NCBI GenBank assembly: GCA_020891255.1
Contig: BQFW01000015.1
Span: 2,604,001-2,668,000, forward strand
DNA length: 64,000 nt
Reading direction: 5' to 3'
Source: Entomortierella parvispora E1425
Taxonomy: Eukaryota > Fungi > Mortierellomycota
A program made the position numbers and the translations under genes. Positions 19,106-31,812 of this stretch are shown one piece after another (within the stretch, counting starts at the first letter, position 1; the number at the start of each line of letters is the position of its first letter). The notes under the pieces are model-generated. The model was not told the DNA's origin and did no database searches. It saw only the letters and a list, made by a program, of their open reading frames with translations.

Positions 19106-21009
19106 TTAGGCCTTGGCCACAAAGTGACCAAAGACCAAGTCGCAACCATCAAACTCGTACAGGATACGATCCGTGCGAGTGAAGCCAGAGACACGGCCCA
19201 TGGCCTTGATCATGTGACGCTGGCGGCGCTCCGTCTGGCGCTCCGTCTCCATCTGACCATCCTCAGTCAAATGGGACGAAAACAAGGTAACGCTCATGGT
19301 GCCAGGCTGGAAGATCTCGACAACACGCGAGATCAAGTCAGTCAAAGTCTCTGGTCCGGTGTAAGGAACCTGGGCAACAACATCCTCAGTCTTGGCCGCC
19401 TTCTCCTCCTCAGAAGAATCGCCGTTCTCGCTCGAAGCGGACGAGGCAGAAGCAGAGCTCTCGCCCGAGGTAGTGCGAGCGCGGCTCTTGGAAGACTTCT
19501 TCTGGCGCAATCCAACAGGGATGTTGGTCTCGAAGGAGGCATACGAGCAGACGGGCTCGGGGGTCACATGGATGGTGTAGTAGTTTCCTTCCTGGAGAGC
19601 GTTGGCAGAGTAACCGCAGGGTGTGAACAAGAAAGAGTCCAACTGAGCCTGAGGGAAGAGGCCGGCCAATCCAGTTTCCTGGTCCACACGCACACCGCCG
19701 ACAGTACCCGCAACATCGTCAGGACGCTGGTAGAATCGCTTCATAGCCTCTGGGTTGAGGTTGGTCATCAAAATCTCGACCGTCTGATCGTGCGAAGGGT
19801 AGAGGTAGCTGGCGCTGCTGGCCGAAGAGGCCATCGAGATTGAGGACGACGAAGAAGACACAGAGGAAGCCGAAGACTCTCCAGGGGACGCCAATGAGGT
19901 AGAATCTTGTCCTGAAATGAGGTCGCGGGTGACAATGTTCAGGTTGCGAGGAATGTCATCAGCAACGGCCGAGACCTCAGCATCGGGAACAGAAGCATCA
20001 TGTCCACCAACGATCAAGGTCTGCTCATCGTTATCCACAGAGCCGACGCTGTTGCGGCGAGAGGTGATGTGGGACAAACAATCGTCCTGGGGTGCAGTCA
20101 AGTACAGACACCAGTGATCACCATTGACCTTTCCGACAGTGTAGGCAGATCCGTGCTCTATTGAAAAAACAATGTAAAATAAGATTAGGGGATTGACAAC
20201 AGCAAACAATGACAAGCCACCGTGAGATAGAAGATCAATCATCTGAAAACAAACTAAAACTTACCGAAATGGCGATCCAAGAACTCAACCTCGTCCTTCC
20301 AATCGCGGTGTACGTGCAATTGACGCTCAGGGAACATGAATGTCTTGCGCGAGTAGAACACACGCCAGACCTTCTCGAAGCCACAGTAGTTCTGGGCAAT
20401 CTCCAAGATCTTGGGCAACGCCATCAACAAGGTCGTGGTGCCGCAAGTCTTGAGAATGAGCTTGTGAGGGTAGACAAAGAACGAGGACTCGCTCAAAAGG
20501 AACGCGTCCATGCAGTCATTCTGAATCTGGTTCAGAACCTGGCATTTGACAATGGCCAGCATCTCGTCCCACACGGGCTTGGGAACAATGCGAAGTCCAT
20601 AACGGTCAGATCCTCCATGAGAATTGTCCGTCACGGTTTCATCTCCAGTGCTAACAGTCGACTGGAGTTCGGCAGGGATAGTACGAATTCCCTGCAAAAG
20701 GTAAGGAGCTGGACCAAACCAAATCTCCAAAAGCTTCTCGGGACCCTCAAAGGATCCAGCTTCCTGGGTGTCATTGGTAGTATCCAGGAAGGCATCATTC
20801 TCAAAACCAGCCTCGTTGTTGTGCAAGTGAGCAGGGGCAACAGGGGCTGGGGCGGCGGCGTCGGAAGTTACGGTAACATCGTTGTTGGTGGCGGTGGCAG
20901 TAGAAATGTTGTTATCGACAGAGTCGTTGAGGTATTGCAGGGCAGCAGACTTCAGCTCACCGGTGGCGGCGGCTTGGGCCAGGGAGGGGAGAGGGACAGG
21001 AACAGTCAT
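19106..21009 (-). CDS. SPE2: S-adenosylmethionine decarboxylase proenzyme (2 coding exons; intron about 20158-20264)
   Basis: FEGPEKLLEIWF, AFLLSESS (self-cleavage site), LILKTCGTTTLL, FYSRKTFMFP, FTPCGYSAN, YYTIHVTPEPVCSYASFETN. Confidence 0.96.
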
Positions 21010-21912
21010 TCACGTGGGGGTCTTCGGGTGGTGTAAGAAAACGGATTAGGGTGGTTTTCTAAGAGGATGCACGAACACGAGGGACACTGGAGGTTGCGTT
21101 TCTGACGAAATGTTGGGCAGGTAGTTTTTGGAATGTAAAGTCCTAGAAGAGGATAGGGAAGACACGAAGGGGCATGAAAGAAGGGAGGTTAGACAGGGTA
21201 TCTGATCAACAGGCCTGTGGGGAAGAAGTGAAGAAGTGGAGATGGAAACACCACAAACACAACAATTTCAACACGACACGCGAGAGCGGGAGTTGCAGTG
21301 TGGCGTGGGGTGTTGGTTTGGTTTGGCTCAGAGCAATGTCTGTGTCCACACCGTCATCGGCCTGGAGCAGTGCAGGAAGGACGGGAAGGGAAAAAAGATT
21401 TCTAGGCTGCTCCTTCCGTGCGAGAGCGGGCGGCAGCGACAAAGTCGGAAAACAGATACGGCGATCCTGAGCAATTGGTCCTCTCCTGGAAGCTGGTACC
21501 AGATCAACTTTCCAGGTCTAGTCTCCTTGGGTCTGATTTTCATGTTGCCGCAACCAAGAGACAACAGGAGTGACCTGGTTTGTTTCATCCAGCATGGTCT
21601 GTTCATTCAATTGGTATATCCTGAGTCGAAAATCGAAGGAAAAGGGACGCAGCATGGGAGGGGGACCAAAATAATAAACAAGAGAAAAAAAAAGTTGACC
21701 CGGATCCATTTGTGTTCTCCTTTACCTTTTTAACCGACTTGACAAGCCAAAAGCTGATGGTAGCGATCTGGGATGGGAGGAGGGGGGGTCGAACTCTTTG
21801 GAAGCAACAAAGAGTAGGTGTTGTTTTTTTGGTAGTTTTTTCTTTTTAAAAAAGGCGTGAAGTTTTCGAATAAAAAAAAGGTCTCAAAGATAGAAAAGTG
21901 GGAGTAGCGATG

Positions 21913-21999
21913 CTATCGGCAGCAGGGGATGGGAACGAAAGGCAACTGTGGGGTGAACTGGACGGTGGCGCAAGAGTTGAGGTCGGGACCTGGATGCAT
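21913..21999 (-). other. Candidate uORF (MHPGPDLNSCATVQFTPQLPFVPIPCCR*) in the inferred SPE2 leader
   Basis: ATG at 21999 to TAG at 21913, just downstream of a canonical 140-nt intron (GTAAGT at 22217, CTAAC branch, CAG at 22078). That it belongs to the SPE2 mRNA is inferred. Confidence 0.4.
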
Positions 22000-23163
22000 A
22001 GCAAGTGGGGCGAGCTGAATGATCAAAAACGGAATTTTGAAAAAGGGAAAAGCTGGTTGTAAAAAAAGTCGTAAAGCCTGGAATGGGAAATGGGAAATGC
22101 CAAGAGGATGGTTAGGAAGAGTGAATCATGATGTCATTAGCATTCAATCAGCCAGAGGTCAATGTCTTGAACGCGAAGAAGCAGATCAGCACCAGTTCCA
22201 AGGAGATCTCGACTTACAACTAGGAGTGCTTTTACAAGTTTTTTTAAAGAGTGTGTTTGGGGGTAAGGGGCGGCTAAAAAAGAAGAGACTTCTTTTTTGA
22301 AAGGGATGTGGGGGTTGGGGTGATCAGTGATCAGATGGGGGGGGGGTGTGGAGGTGATGGAGATGTGTCGAGGGAAAGGAAGAAGAGAGAAGAAAAATTG
22401 AAAGACCTTCGAGGGGAAGGAAGACAAAAAATTTTAGCCACCGCTGGACCGCGCGCTAGAGCCGTGGACGGAAAAAGTAAACAAAAAACAGAAACAGTTC
22501 TCAGTATGCAATTGAGCCAGATCTTATCGCCCAGGGGCTGGGTCGCAGCCGAGCTGCTTTTTTGGGATGTCCAGGTGCCCTCGGATTGGCGGGGACTCGA
22601 TACCGTTGTTCCTAATTCGCTCTGTGCACACGACCCATTACTCGTCCTGGACCTTCCACTCATTGTGTGTGCTTTGCTTGGCAAGACAATTCTTTTTTTC
22701 GTTTCTTGTCTTTTGTGCTCGATAGGATGTCTTGTCCGTCGTGCTTGCCTAGCTTTTCTCTTTGAAGGAACATATTCAATAGATCGGCTCTCACACTACT
22801 TTATTGTTTTCTCTGTTCTATCTTTCTCCGAGTTCAAGTCTGCCGCCGCATCTTGCATCTTGCATCTTGGGAAAAACCAAAGTTTTGCTCTGGTTATTTT
22901 CATGGAGAAGGAAACATGAAAGACACGGGTCAGAAAACGAGATGCGCACAAACAACAAAAAAAAATAAAAAAAAAAAGATTCGCAATCGAACGTAGCGAG
23001 GGAAGAGTTGTTCAAGATCAAAGATGGTGGAAAAAGGAAAAACTTGACCATTTTGGTTGGTTCTTGCACAAGAGCACATAGACAACATCCCACAGACCTT
23101 GTCTGTAGCGATAAACAAACAGCCCTTACCTTTCATATGAACAGACATGCACGACACACCGAC

Positions 23164-25484
23164 TCAAGGACTGATAGAGCCATGGTCATCTAGGCGGTGG
23201 AGGAGGTTCATAGTACTTTCATACAGACTGAATATAATTCCGCCCGACATCTATTGTGATTGAGGAGAGTAGTCCATCAGTATCTCCTCCTCAATGGGTA
23301 TCTTTGTGTGACAAGTTTTCAAGCTGAAATAACTTTTTTGGACGGGGTCATCGACCAATGAACCTTGTGGGCGTGGATTACAGCATACGATCTTCTTACC
23401 GACAGTCGTGCCAGGCGAGGAGTGGCACCTTTCCAAAATGCCAGAACTCCTTCGTTCTTGAACACTTTCCATGCACAATCAAATGCTCCAGAATAGAGCT
23501 CCTTGGCACGAAGTCCCTGCATCTTTGTCTTGACAACGTCCAGAGGCATGGTAGTGTACACAGTGATGATGCCGGCCAGCGCTCCAATACCAAACGAATA
23601 TGTTGTTGGAAGCTTTGCGCCAGGGGCCATCTTTGCCTTGGCCATATCACTTAGGGTAGAATAGACACCAAACCTAACAGCACTGTTGGCGCCTTGTCGA
23701 GCCATTACAGGAACAACGCCTCTGTAGATCCCTCCGAATCCCTCTGCCTTAACGATCGATGTCACACCTAGGTTCAATAGAGATTTTTTTAGTCGGGTGC
23801 CTGATCGTCATTGCAACTCTTCGTACAAAACCGTACGTACCATGAACAAGACCATTGTATTTTGGCACTAGCAAGTTACCATCGTGGATCAGTTTGGTCC
23901 TAGATTCAATTGAGTAGATCAGAATAGTAGAGGTAAGCCCCTCGAGGTCGTTTGTTATATACCATGGATCGTCATCATTGTCATTGCTAGCTCCCCAACG
24001 TAGGTGCTGAGACAACTGATATCGGCCAGCAAACAACTCCGAGCACGATCTGAGTCTAATTCTTCTCTTTGGTGTATCGATGCCATAACTTACTTGATAG
24101 TTTCGGTTGGGGTCACTACAAGAACGGCCTCCGTCATTCCGGCGCCGAGACCCGCTATTTGGCGGAGGAAATAATAAAACCGAGATCATCGTTTAGTCCC
24201 CTATCCTCTGAAGCAATCCTCTCCCCAAGCCCTAGGAGACAAGAGGCATCCACCTACCTAGCATAGAGCGCACGCCTGAGATGTTTCCGTCTGCATCCTT
24301 GAGCATCTCTCGGAACTGGTCAAACGCAAAGAAACGTACACCTGCCTTTGCGGCTGTGCCAATAACGAGAGCCGAAAGTCCCCTGTATATAGCTGTGACG
24401 CCTTGTGTCCGCACCGTGCTCACCAGACAGTCGACTGGACCCTTGAACTTCTATGTTGGCATTCAGAGGAAGGTCATGGGAGCATTGGTCAACAAATGTG
24501 AGCAACGATCTCCGTTGTTCTTTTTTCTCACTGTTGCACAATAGCAACAGATTGCCTTCACCAATGCACATTGTTCTCCTTGATACTTGACGCCGCAACT
24601 GTTCATAGCAAGCCGCTCCTCACACGATGGAACAGACCATGCCTACTCGAGACTTGATTGCAGCCACGGTTCACTTGGAATGGATCTTTCTCTCTTCCAG
24701 CTATTTTTTCATTCGCCCGTGCCTCGTGTCCCCCCTCTTATTCTTTTTTTTTTTTTTTTTTTTTTGTGCACGGTGCACGGTCGTTTCCTCCCGGTCCAAT
24801 CCCCTTTGTAACTTTACTCGGAGCAAGAAGCGGTTGATGTTTTTGTCGTCTGACGCTCAAAGCCCAGCATCCACCGGCCCATTCTTCAAATTGTTTCCAT
24901 TTTCCCACGAAAGCGTAATAAACGACAAAGTACGGCCCACACTTCCACACGCAAACACCCGAGACACGGCGGTCATCTGTGACCGACCTGACTTGCCCTC
25001 TTCTGCGCGTCCTGTAAGAGCATCAGCCGCTGAAATCAGTGCAGCCAGTGTGAAGAATCCTCGAGCTTCCGACCCCATGAGCCGTTAGCATGTATACTCT
25101 CACCCTTACTCTCTTTCAGGAAAGACAAGCAAAGACATGGACAAGGATAGAGAACAAAAACAAAAAAAAAACAAAAAAAGGGTTGGTTTACTGCGCCCGA
25201 TGTTGTTATCCATCTTACCACGCCTCCATTCTTTGCTGACCCTAGACCACCATCCTGTAGTTGTAACTGGGTCTTGACGTATTCAGTAGGATAGGTAATG
25301 ACGGCTTCCGCAGCTCCTGCTACGGCTCCGGCGGTCAACGTGTACAGTGGCGGTTCTTTTTTCTACAAGGTGAAGTGAGGCGAGACGATGAGAGCTTAAT
25401 TTTTTTTTTTTTCCTTCTCCACAATGTCCTTGTTGGTCTGAGCACAGCATGACAATGACAATGCATTACTCTTTGCGTGGCCAT
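23164..25484 (-). CDS. CTP1: Mitochondrial citrate/tricarboxylate carrier (SLC25, multi-exon)
   Basis: Spliced reading: MATQR|KKEPPLYTLTAGAVAGAAEAVITYPTEYVKTQLQL, YRGLSALVIGTAAKAGVRF, VVTPTETIK|TKLIHD, ARQGANSAVRF, MPLDVVKTKMQ, WKGATPRLARL|SGGIIFSLYE. Three Px[DE]xx[KR] carrier motifs. Confidence 0.93.
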
Positions 25485-25875
25485 GGTGAATGGTAATGTA
25501 GAAAGAAACTCGCTCGAGTTATCCAAGAGTCGGGAAGAGTGGGGAGAGTGTATCCGTGTGTTGTGTTTGTGGGGTGAAAGGGGCGGAAGGAGGAGAACAA
25601 TCAAAGTGGACGCATGTCACGACTGTGGGCAATTTAGGTCTCGCCCCCAAAAAGGGTCCGTTCATTCATCTCTTTTTGGTGTTCGCTCGGGGGTTCCTGG
25701 CGGAGGGGTTCGCTTCCCTTCCCCCCTTTCGCTTCAGTCTTTTGATCCAATCCGTCAACTTGGTCCAATCCGTCAACTTGGTCCGCTCGCTCGTTCTCAT
25801 GGTTGAATGCAAATGCTGTGGTTTTTTATTATGAGTGTGTTTACTTGCCGTCGTTGCTGCCATGAGTTGGCACAC

Positions 25876-28285
25876 TTACGACGATTCCTCGCCCTCAGAC
25901 GCGGACTCGTCCACATCCATGTCCATGTCCGCTTCCAGTTCAACAGCACCAAACGTTGGCTCTGTCCACTTTCCATCGAGGAGCTCCTGGTACCGTTGTG
26001 AGAATGCGTCCTTGTCAGCAACGGCTCTGTTGGCCCTCCACAGGATCTTGTTGGCTGCCTCGATTTGTTTCGTGTCGTTCAAGTACTTCAAGAACGACAG
26101 GTAGGTATCTTCGTTCTTCTCGTCCACCTGAATAGCCTTGTCGTAGAGCAGGGAGATCTCTTTGGAAGAGTCCTCTTCGTCCTCTGCATGCTGCTTCTCC
26201 AACCGGATGCAAGCTATAAAGATCGAGAGAACTGGCAAGCTCTTCTTCATCAATGACCGGTATACACGGCGAACACCCTCAATGCCCTCCACATTGTCGA
26301 CCCAGTCCAAGAACCAAGCGCCGACACTTTGTTTGATTTGACCAATCTCGGCCCTCTCGACAGTGACATCAGGCAAAAGTGTTGTCGTGATACGGATAGC
26401 TTCCAAAAAGGCCTCCTCGACCTGCTCTTTGGTCATCTCCTCCTCCCTGTAAGCCGTCCGCAAGAAGGTGATATACTCGCGCCAGACCTCGAATCTCTCA
26501 GAGTGATCCTTCAAAGCACGGGCAAAGATTCTAGGTAACGTCGCGGCTTGCTCCGAAGGTGAGAGCGTGCGCACAAGACGAATCTGCTGCAACAAAAGAG
26601 GCGCAGACTCTGGGTGCTGAACAACAGCCTTGTCTAGGAGAGCGAGAGCCTTCTTGGAGAGTGCCTCTACCTCCAGGGTTGAGTTTGAGAAGAGCCAGTT
26701 GATCTGCAAGAGGTACAACTTCTCAGAGTGGATCTGCTTCTTGCTTGCAGACGAAAAGATCCTGTCGATCGTTTTCGAGAAGTACAGTTTCTGTGGTACC
26801 AAGAGAACAAAGTTAGTTCATTTGCCACCAATTTGTATATCATCCAGTTGAATAAAAATGCCCACATACCAAGTTCTCCTCCTGAGTTTTTTGGTGCTCC
26901 TCTCCCATGTTCTCGACAAACAACTCGTACATGTGGACGTCGCCTCCTTCACAACAGCTCCAGAACTCCTTGACAGTGGCGGCAACTCCCATGGCGTAGC
27001 CTTCATCATCAACCTTGTAGGCATCGATGGAACGACGAGCAACCAAGGCACGAGCCTCAGGCAAGCCCTTGAAATCACGATCGATAGTGTCATAAATAGC
27101 CTGAATCGAGTCCTCCTGCAAAGGCTTTGGCTTAATAAACGAGTTGGCGATATCCAAGAATCCTTTACGGAAGGAGAATGAGTCGGGAATCTCCTTGATA
27201 CCATTCCTGAATACAACCATGGCCACCTCTCCGCGCAACACTGGGTTCTTTTCCGTCTTGAGTGCTTCTGCTTTCTCCTCGGTCAAAGGTGCACGCTTGG
27301 CCTCTTGCTTTGCCTTCTTGTTGCTGTTCTTGCTTCCCTTTTTGGGCTTTCCTGCCGTGGTCTCTTCCTCATCCTCCTTTTCGAAAGCAGCAAACTCCTC
27401 ACCAGTGACAGTGGGAAGCTTGATCATGTTGTCTGTGTCAACCTCCTCATCCTTCAACAAATCTTCCTCGACCTCCTCTGTTGAGGCATCAATTCCCAAA
27501 ATTTGACGACGAGCGAGAATCTTTGCGATATAGACGAGTTCCAGACGGAAGTATTCGTGCCACAGGCTCTCTGTGGTGGTATTAAGACGCAGGGCTCGCT
27601 GCAAAAGGACTATTGGGGTCAACATAAATATGATAATGTGAGCAAACCCGGTCAATCATTCCTCTCAGTATAAGTTGGGTATGCGCTCGTTGTTTTACCT
27701 CTAGCAGCAACAATGTTGGCATTCTCCTCCCATTCCCATGCGGCGGCAAGGATCCACATCTTTTCATTCATGGGGTGCAGTTGAATGACCTGGGCGTAAA
27801 TTTTTCCAAGAGTCCTGCTTGCTCCTGTCTTCTTTGCAAAGTTGATGTACTGGAGCCAGATCGAGATGTCGCCGCTGAACTTTGTGAGGCATCTCTTGAA
27901 GATGAAATAGATACGACGAGGTCCTGCATAGTCGGAAATAGATTGCTTTGTGTTCACCATACGAGCGCGGCGTTTCCTCCTGAGATCGTCCAGGTTCATT
28001 TCATACTCGATATAGCGAAGAAAGTCAGCCTTCTTGGCAATCCTACGCTTGAGTGCATATTCAAACTTTTCGCGCCTTTTAAGAATGGAGGTGATCTCTT
28101 TCTATAGATTCAAAATGAACAGCAGCATATCTCAATGAGTTAATGATGGCCCTCCAACCTGGAGACGTTGTCCTGAACTCTACAGGGCAACCAAAGGGAC
28201 GCACCTTTGTGAAGAGACCCTTCTGCTCGAGATCTCTCATCTCTGGGAGCATCTCCTCCATATAGAATCGCACGGTGTCAGCCAT
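25876..28285 (-). CDS. UTP6: U3 snoRNA-associated protein 6 (HAT repeats, multi-exon)
   Basis: MADTVRFYMEEMLPEMRDLEQKGLF, RREKFEYALKRR...DFLRYIEYEMNL, IWLQYINFAKK, MWILAAAWEWEENANI, LWHEYFRLELVYIAKI. Confidence 0.92.
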
Positions 28286-28378
28286 GGCGAGGAGTGTGGG
28301 TTGGGGTTAAAGTGCGGAAGGCTGTGTCTGTGAGGAAACGAGAATGAGGCACCAAGGGATGATGAAGGACAAACCAAT

Positions 28379-28428
28379 GAATGGAATGAATGGAATGAAT
28401 GGAATGAATGGAATGAATGGAATGAATG
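28379..28428. repeat. Microsatellite (GAATGGAAT)5+ in the UTP6/YDJ1 divergent promoter
   Basis: Seen directly; a (TCC)n run also lies at about 28843-28876. Confidence 0.9.
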
Positions 28429-28896
28429 CAGCGACCCAGTCCGAGAGGTTGAGTGAGTGAGGTGAGTGCGTGGATGGTCCTCTCTCTCTCCATGGCTTTT
28501 TTTCTTTTTTTTTTTTTTTGTTCGCTCAAAACAAAACAAAGTGACTGCCGTTTCCCACCGTCCAGAACATTCTGCACGTGATCGTGCCTTGATTTTTTTT
28601 TTCTTTTTCTTCTTTTTCGCTGACAGAGAACCGAGTACCTGCCCCTCCCCGCCAGGCCAGAAACCAGAAAAAATGACCGCCCACAGTCCACCCGTCCACC
28701 AGTCCAACGGCCAGTGTCTGTCCGTCTGCCAGTGCCAGGACAAAAGACGATCATCATCCCATCCTCCGCTCCTTCTCTCTTCTTCACTCCATCATCCGGC
28801 ACATCCTCCCGGACCAGCTTTCCTTTCTGTCCCATCTCCATCTCCTCCTCCTCCTCCTCCTCCTCCTCCTCCTCCTCTCCAGCAACACTGCACATC

Positions 28897-30553
28897 ATGG
28901 TCAAGGAAACCAAGCTCTACGAGGCCCTCGAGGTCGATCCCGGATGCTCAGACTCTGAGCTCAAGAAGGCCTACAGAAAGCTGGCCCTCAAGTACCACCC
29001 CGACAAGGTACAGCAATGCCGTCATGGTGGCCCCTTGCCGTCTGCCATCTACCCTCATCCCATCTTCATCTCGGCCCATCATCTACGGGAACAACAGCAA
29101 CCACCGGTCACAGCCACAGCCGTAGCCATAGCCTCCCAGACATGGCACCCGCAAACACCACCCACCTCCGCCATTCGGGGGCGATCCCCTTGCTGTGGAC
29201 TGATGTGGATTTCAGCCACAAAAGACACTTTACCGCCTCTCATTTTGACTTTCAACCCCCCTGGATTCTCTTTGACAGCTGACCAATGGAGCGACCTTGA
29301 CTCACCTTTGTTATTTCTTTTTGCAATATAGACTGGAGGCGCTACTTCTGAAAAGTTCCAGGAAATCAGCCACGCATACGATATTCTCTCTGACTCGCAG
29401 AAGCGTCAGGTTTACGACCAATACGGCGAGGCTGGTCTCTCGGGCGAGGGCGGTGCTGGCGGTGGAATGGGAGGTCTCTCTCCTGAGGATCTCTTCTCCC
29501 ACTTCTTTGGAGGTGGCGGTGGCGGTGGACGTGGCGGTCGTCCCTCCGGACCCCGTCGCGGCAAGGATGTCGCTCACGGATTGAAGGTCTCCTTGGAGGA
29601 TCTTTACAAGGGAAAGACCACCAAGCTTGCTCTTCAGAAGAACGTTCTCTGTGAAAAGTGCGAGGGTAAGGGTGGCAAGGAGGGCGCTGTCAAGACCTGC
29701 AACACCTGTCACGGCCAGGGTTACCGCGTCATGCTCCGCCAGATGGGACCCATGATGCAGCAAATCCAGCAGCCCTGCGGCGACTGCCGTGGTGAGGGTG
29801 AGATTATCAACGCCAAGGACAAGTGCAAGCACTGCAATGCTCGCAAGGTCATGCCTGTTCGCAAGGTTCTTGAGGTTCACATTGACCGTGGCATGAAGGA
29901 CGGCAGAAAGATTGTCTTCAACGGCGAGGGTGATCAGGCCCCTGGCACCATCCCCGGTGATGTTGTCATTGTCTTGGAGCAGAAGGAGCACGACCGCTTC
30001 AAGCGCAACGGCGACGACTTGTTCTACGATGCCAAGATTGACTTGGTTACTGCTCTTGCTGGAGGCAAGATCCAGATCCCCCACTTGGATGACCGTATTC
30101 TCATTGTCGAGATCCTTCCTGGCGAGGTCATCAAGCCTGGTAAGTCTCATGTCGGGTTGCCTTCTGGAACTTCTAGTTATTCAGTGTTTATTTGTCAAGT
30201 ATGAACCTCTTTGATCTAACTCTTAATCTGAACTTGCTCATATAGGTGATTTGAAGGCTGTCATGGGCCAGGGTATGCCCACAGAGAGACATCACGACTT
30301 TGGCAACTTGTACATTCAGTTCGAGATTGAGTTCCCTGCCGCCAACTGGACCGAGATCTCCAAGATTGAGCAGCTCCGCTCGATCCTCCCCCCTACCGCC
30401 GAGTTGCCTGCTCTCCCTAAGGGAGCTCATGTCGAGGAGGTCTCCTTGACCGAGATGGATCCCCGCCAGAAGGCAAGAGCCGAGCAGGGCCATATGGGTG
30501 GCGATGATGACGAGGAGGGTGGCCACCCCGGTGTGCAGTGCGCGCAGCAGTAG
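28897..30553 (+). CDS. YDJ1: Type I Hsp40/DnaJ co-chaperone (3 exons)
   Basis: [13 protein letters not shown]...KYHPDK J-domain, G/F region, four CxxC(xG) zinc-finger motifs and a C-terminal CaaX (CAQQ). Introns at about 29008-29330 and 30140-30245. Confidence 0.96.
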
Positions 30554-31812
30554 AAAGTTTTGTTATCCTTAATCTCCCCCTTCCTTCCTTCACCATATAC
30601 ACGCAGCGTCTGCAGCTTAAACTCTTGCATCTTCGTAGACATCTCCCCCACTCTTTTTAGCACATTTTGACAAAGAATGATAAAAAAAACCCAGACACTT
30701 TCTCGTCATAAATACGTAGAAAGCTGGCTAGATACATCTCTTTTTGGACCCTCAAATCGAAAATGTTACTCAGATTGCTTGCAGCATCCCTTTCAATCCG
30801 TTATTATCGGCGGCGGGCAATATGTTTATAATGATAGATCGGTAGACTGTTGCGTTAGCTCTCTCTTCTTTTGTAGGGGTGACCTATTGTCCTTTTCTTC
30901 CGTTGATGTCAAGCACAGAGCTGACCTTCTGCCTAGACACCTTCCGCCTAGACACCTTCCGTCTTGACGCGTGAATTTGAGGCAGTCGTTTGCAATTTTT
31001 TTTTGGGGGTAGGGGGGGTTGAAGCTGTTTTGTACCACAAAGCTAAAGCTCCTCCGATGACAAAAAGCCCTCCATGCAACCTTTTCTCCTCGGAGGTTTT
31101 GCTTTTGCTTTTGTTTTTGAGCGACAAACAGTCGGGAGAAGTACATCCCGCGCAGTGGCATGGTAGCTTGTTACCTATCATTCGGTGGAAGACGTCGATT
31201 CCACCATATCTCATTTGACGGGTAGGACTATGAACCCTTGCACTTCACATCAAATCGGCTGTGGCGCGCTGTTGATTCCATGAGCCCAAAAAAAACAACG
31301 ACGTCAACATCGAGCGTCTTAGATCATCCGTCTTCCCAGAGATGTTGTCCAAAGATCCAGGGGGACCAAGCATCTAGACCTAGGGTATTCCTCAAAGCCC
31401 AAGGATGCCCTGCGAACTCGACACAACGTTGTCAGCGATTGTCTACTTACCGCAAGCCCGCTCCTTCAATGGCAAGCTCGAGCGGCGGTATCATCCAAAC
31501 GCATTTTTACTTTGTTTTCCTCCTCTTCACTTGCTGGGTGGACTCTGTGCCGATTCTAGACAAAGGGCGGCAACATCCTGGGGCTGGAGGACAACGCCTA
31601 CCACGGTCCTAAAGAAACGAAAACTGGGAAGAAGGAAGGGAACGTCGGAAAAGTTGGTCAGTGGAATCGGCCAGAGCTTGTTTCCCGCAATGACACACTG
31701 TCTCCACCATGGAGTTGCCGAGATATAAATGCCCTGAGCTTTTTTTTTTCTTTCTTTCTCTAAATCACCTCCATCCTTTACTCTCTTGAGCCTCATCACA
31801 AACATATTTGAC

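Noticed and set aside
15627-21009. MOD5 next to SPE2 as a cytokinin/polyamine metabolic cluster
   Set aside because: Both are ordinary single-copy housekeeping genes; adjacency alone is no evidence of a pathway cluster.
19046-21036. Long plus-strand ORFs 19046..19843 and 20209..21036
   Set aside because: Antisense to SPE2 exons; typical shadow ORFs of codon-biased genes.
21328-21606. 92-aa minus-strand ORF MNRPCWMKQT... upstream of SPE2 as the regulatory uORF
   Set aside because: It lies inside the inferred second leader intron (21725-21143) and has no recognisable conserved motif.
22120-22680. Possible snoRNA or other ncRNA in the long intergenic region
   Set aside because: No complete C/D or H/ACA box set, or any recognisable stem, could be established by eye; an Infernal/Rfam scan would be needed.
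25745-25782. 18-bp tandem duplication (TCCAATCCGTCAACTTGG)x2, and a 15-bp one at about 30927-30960
   Set aside because: Two-copy slippage duplications with no spacers; not CRISPR-like and no element ends nearby.
29311-30150. 279-aa minus-strand ORF
   Set aside because: Antisense shadow of YDJ1 exon 2.
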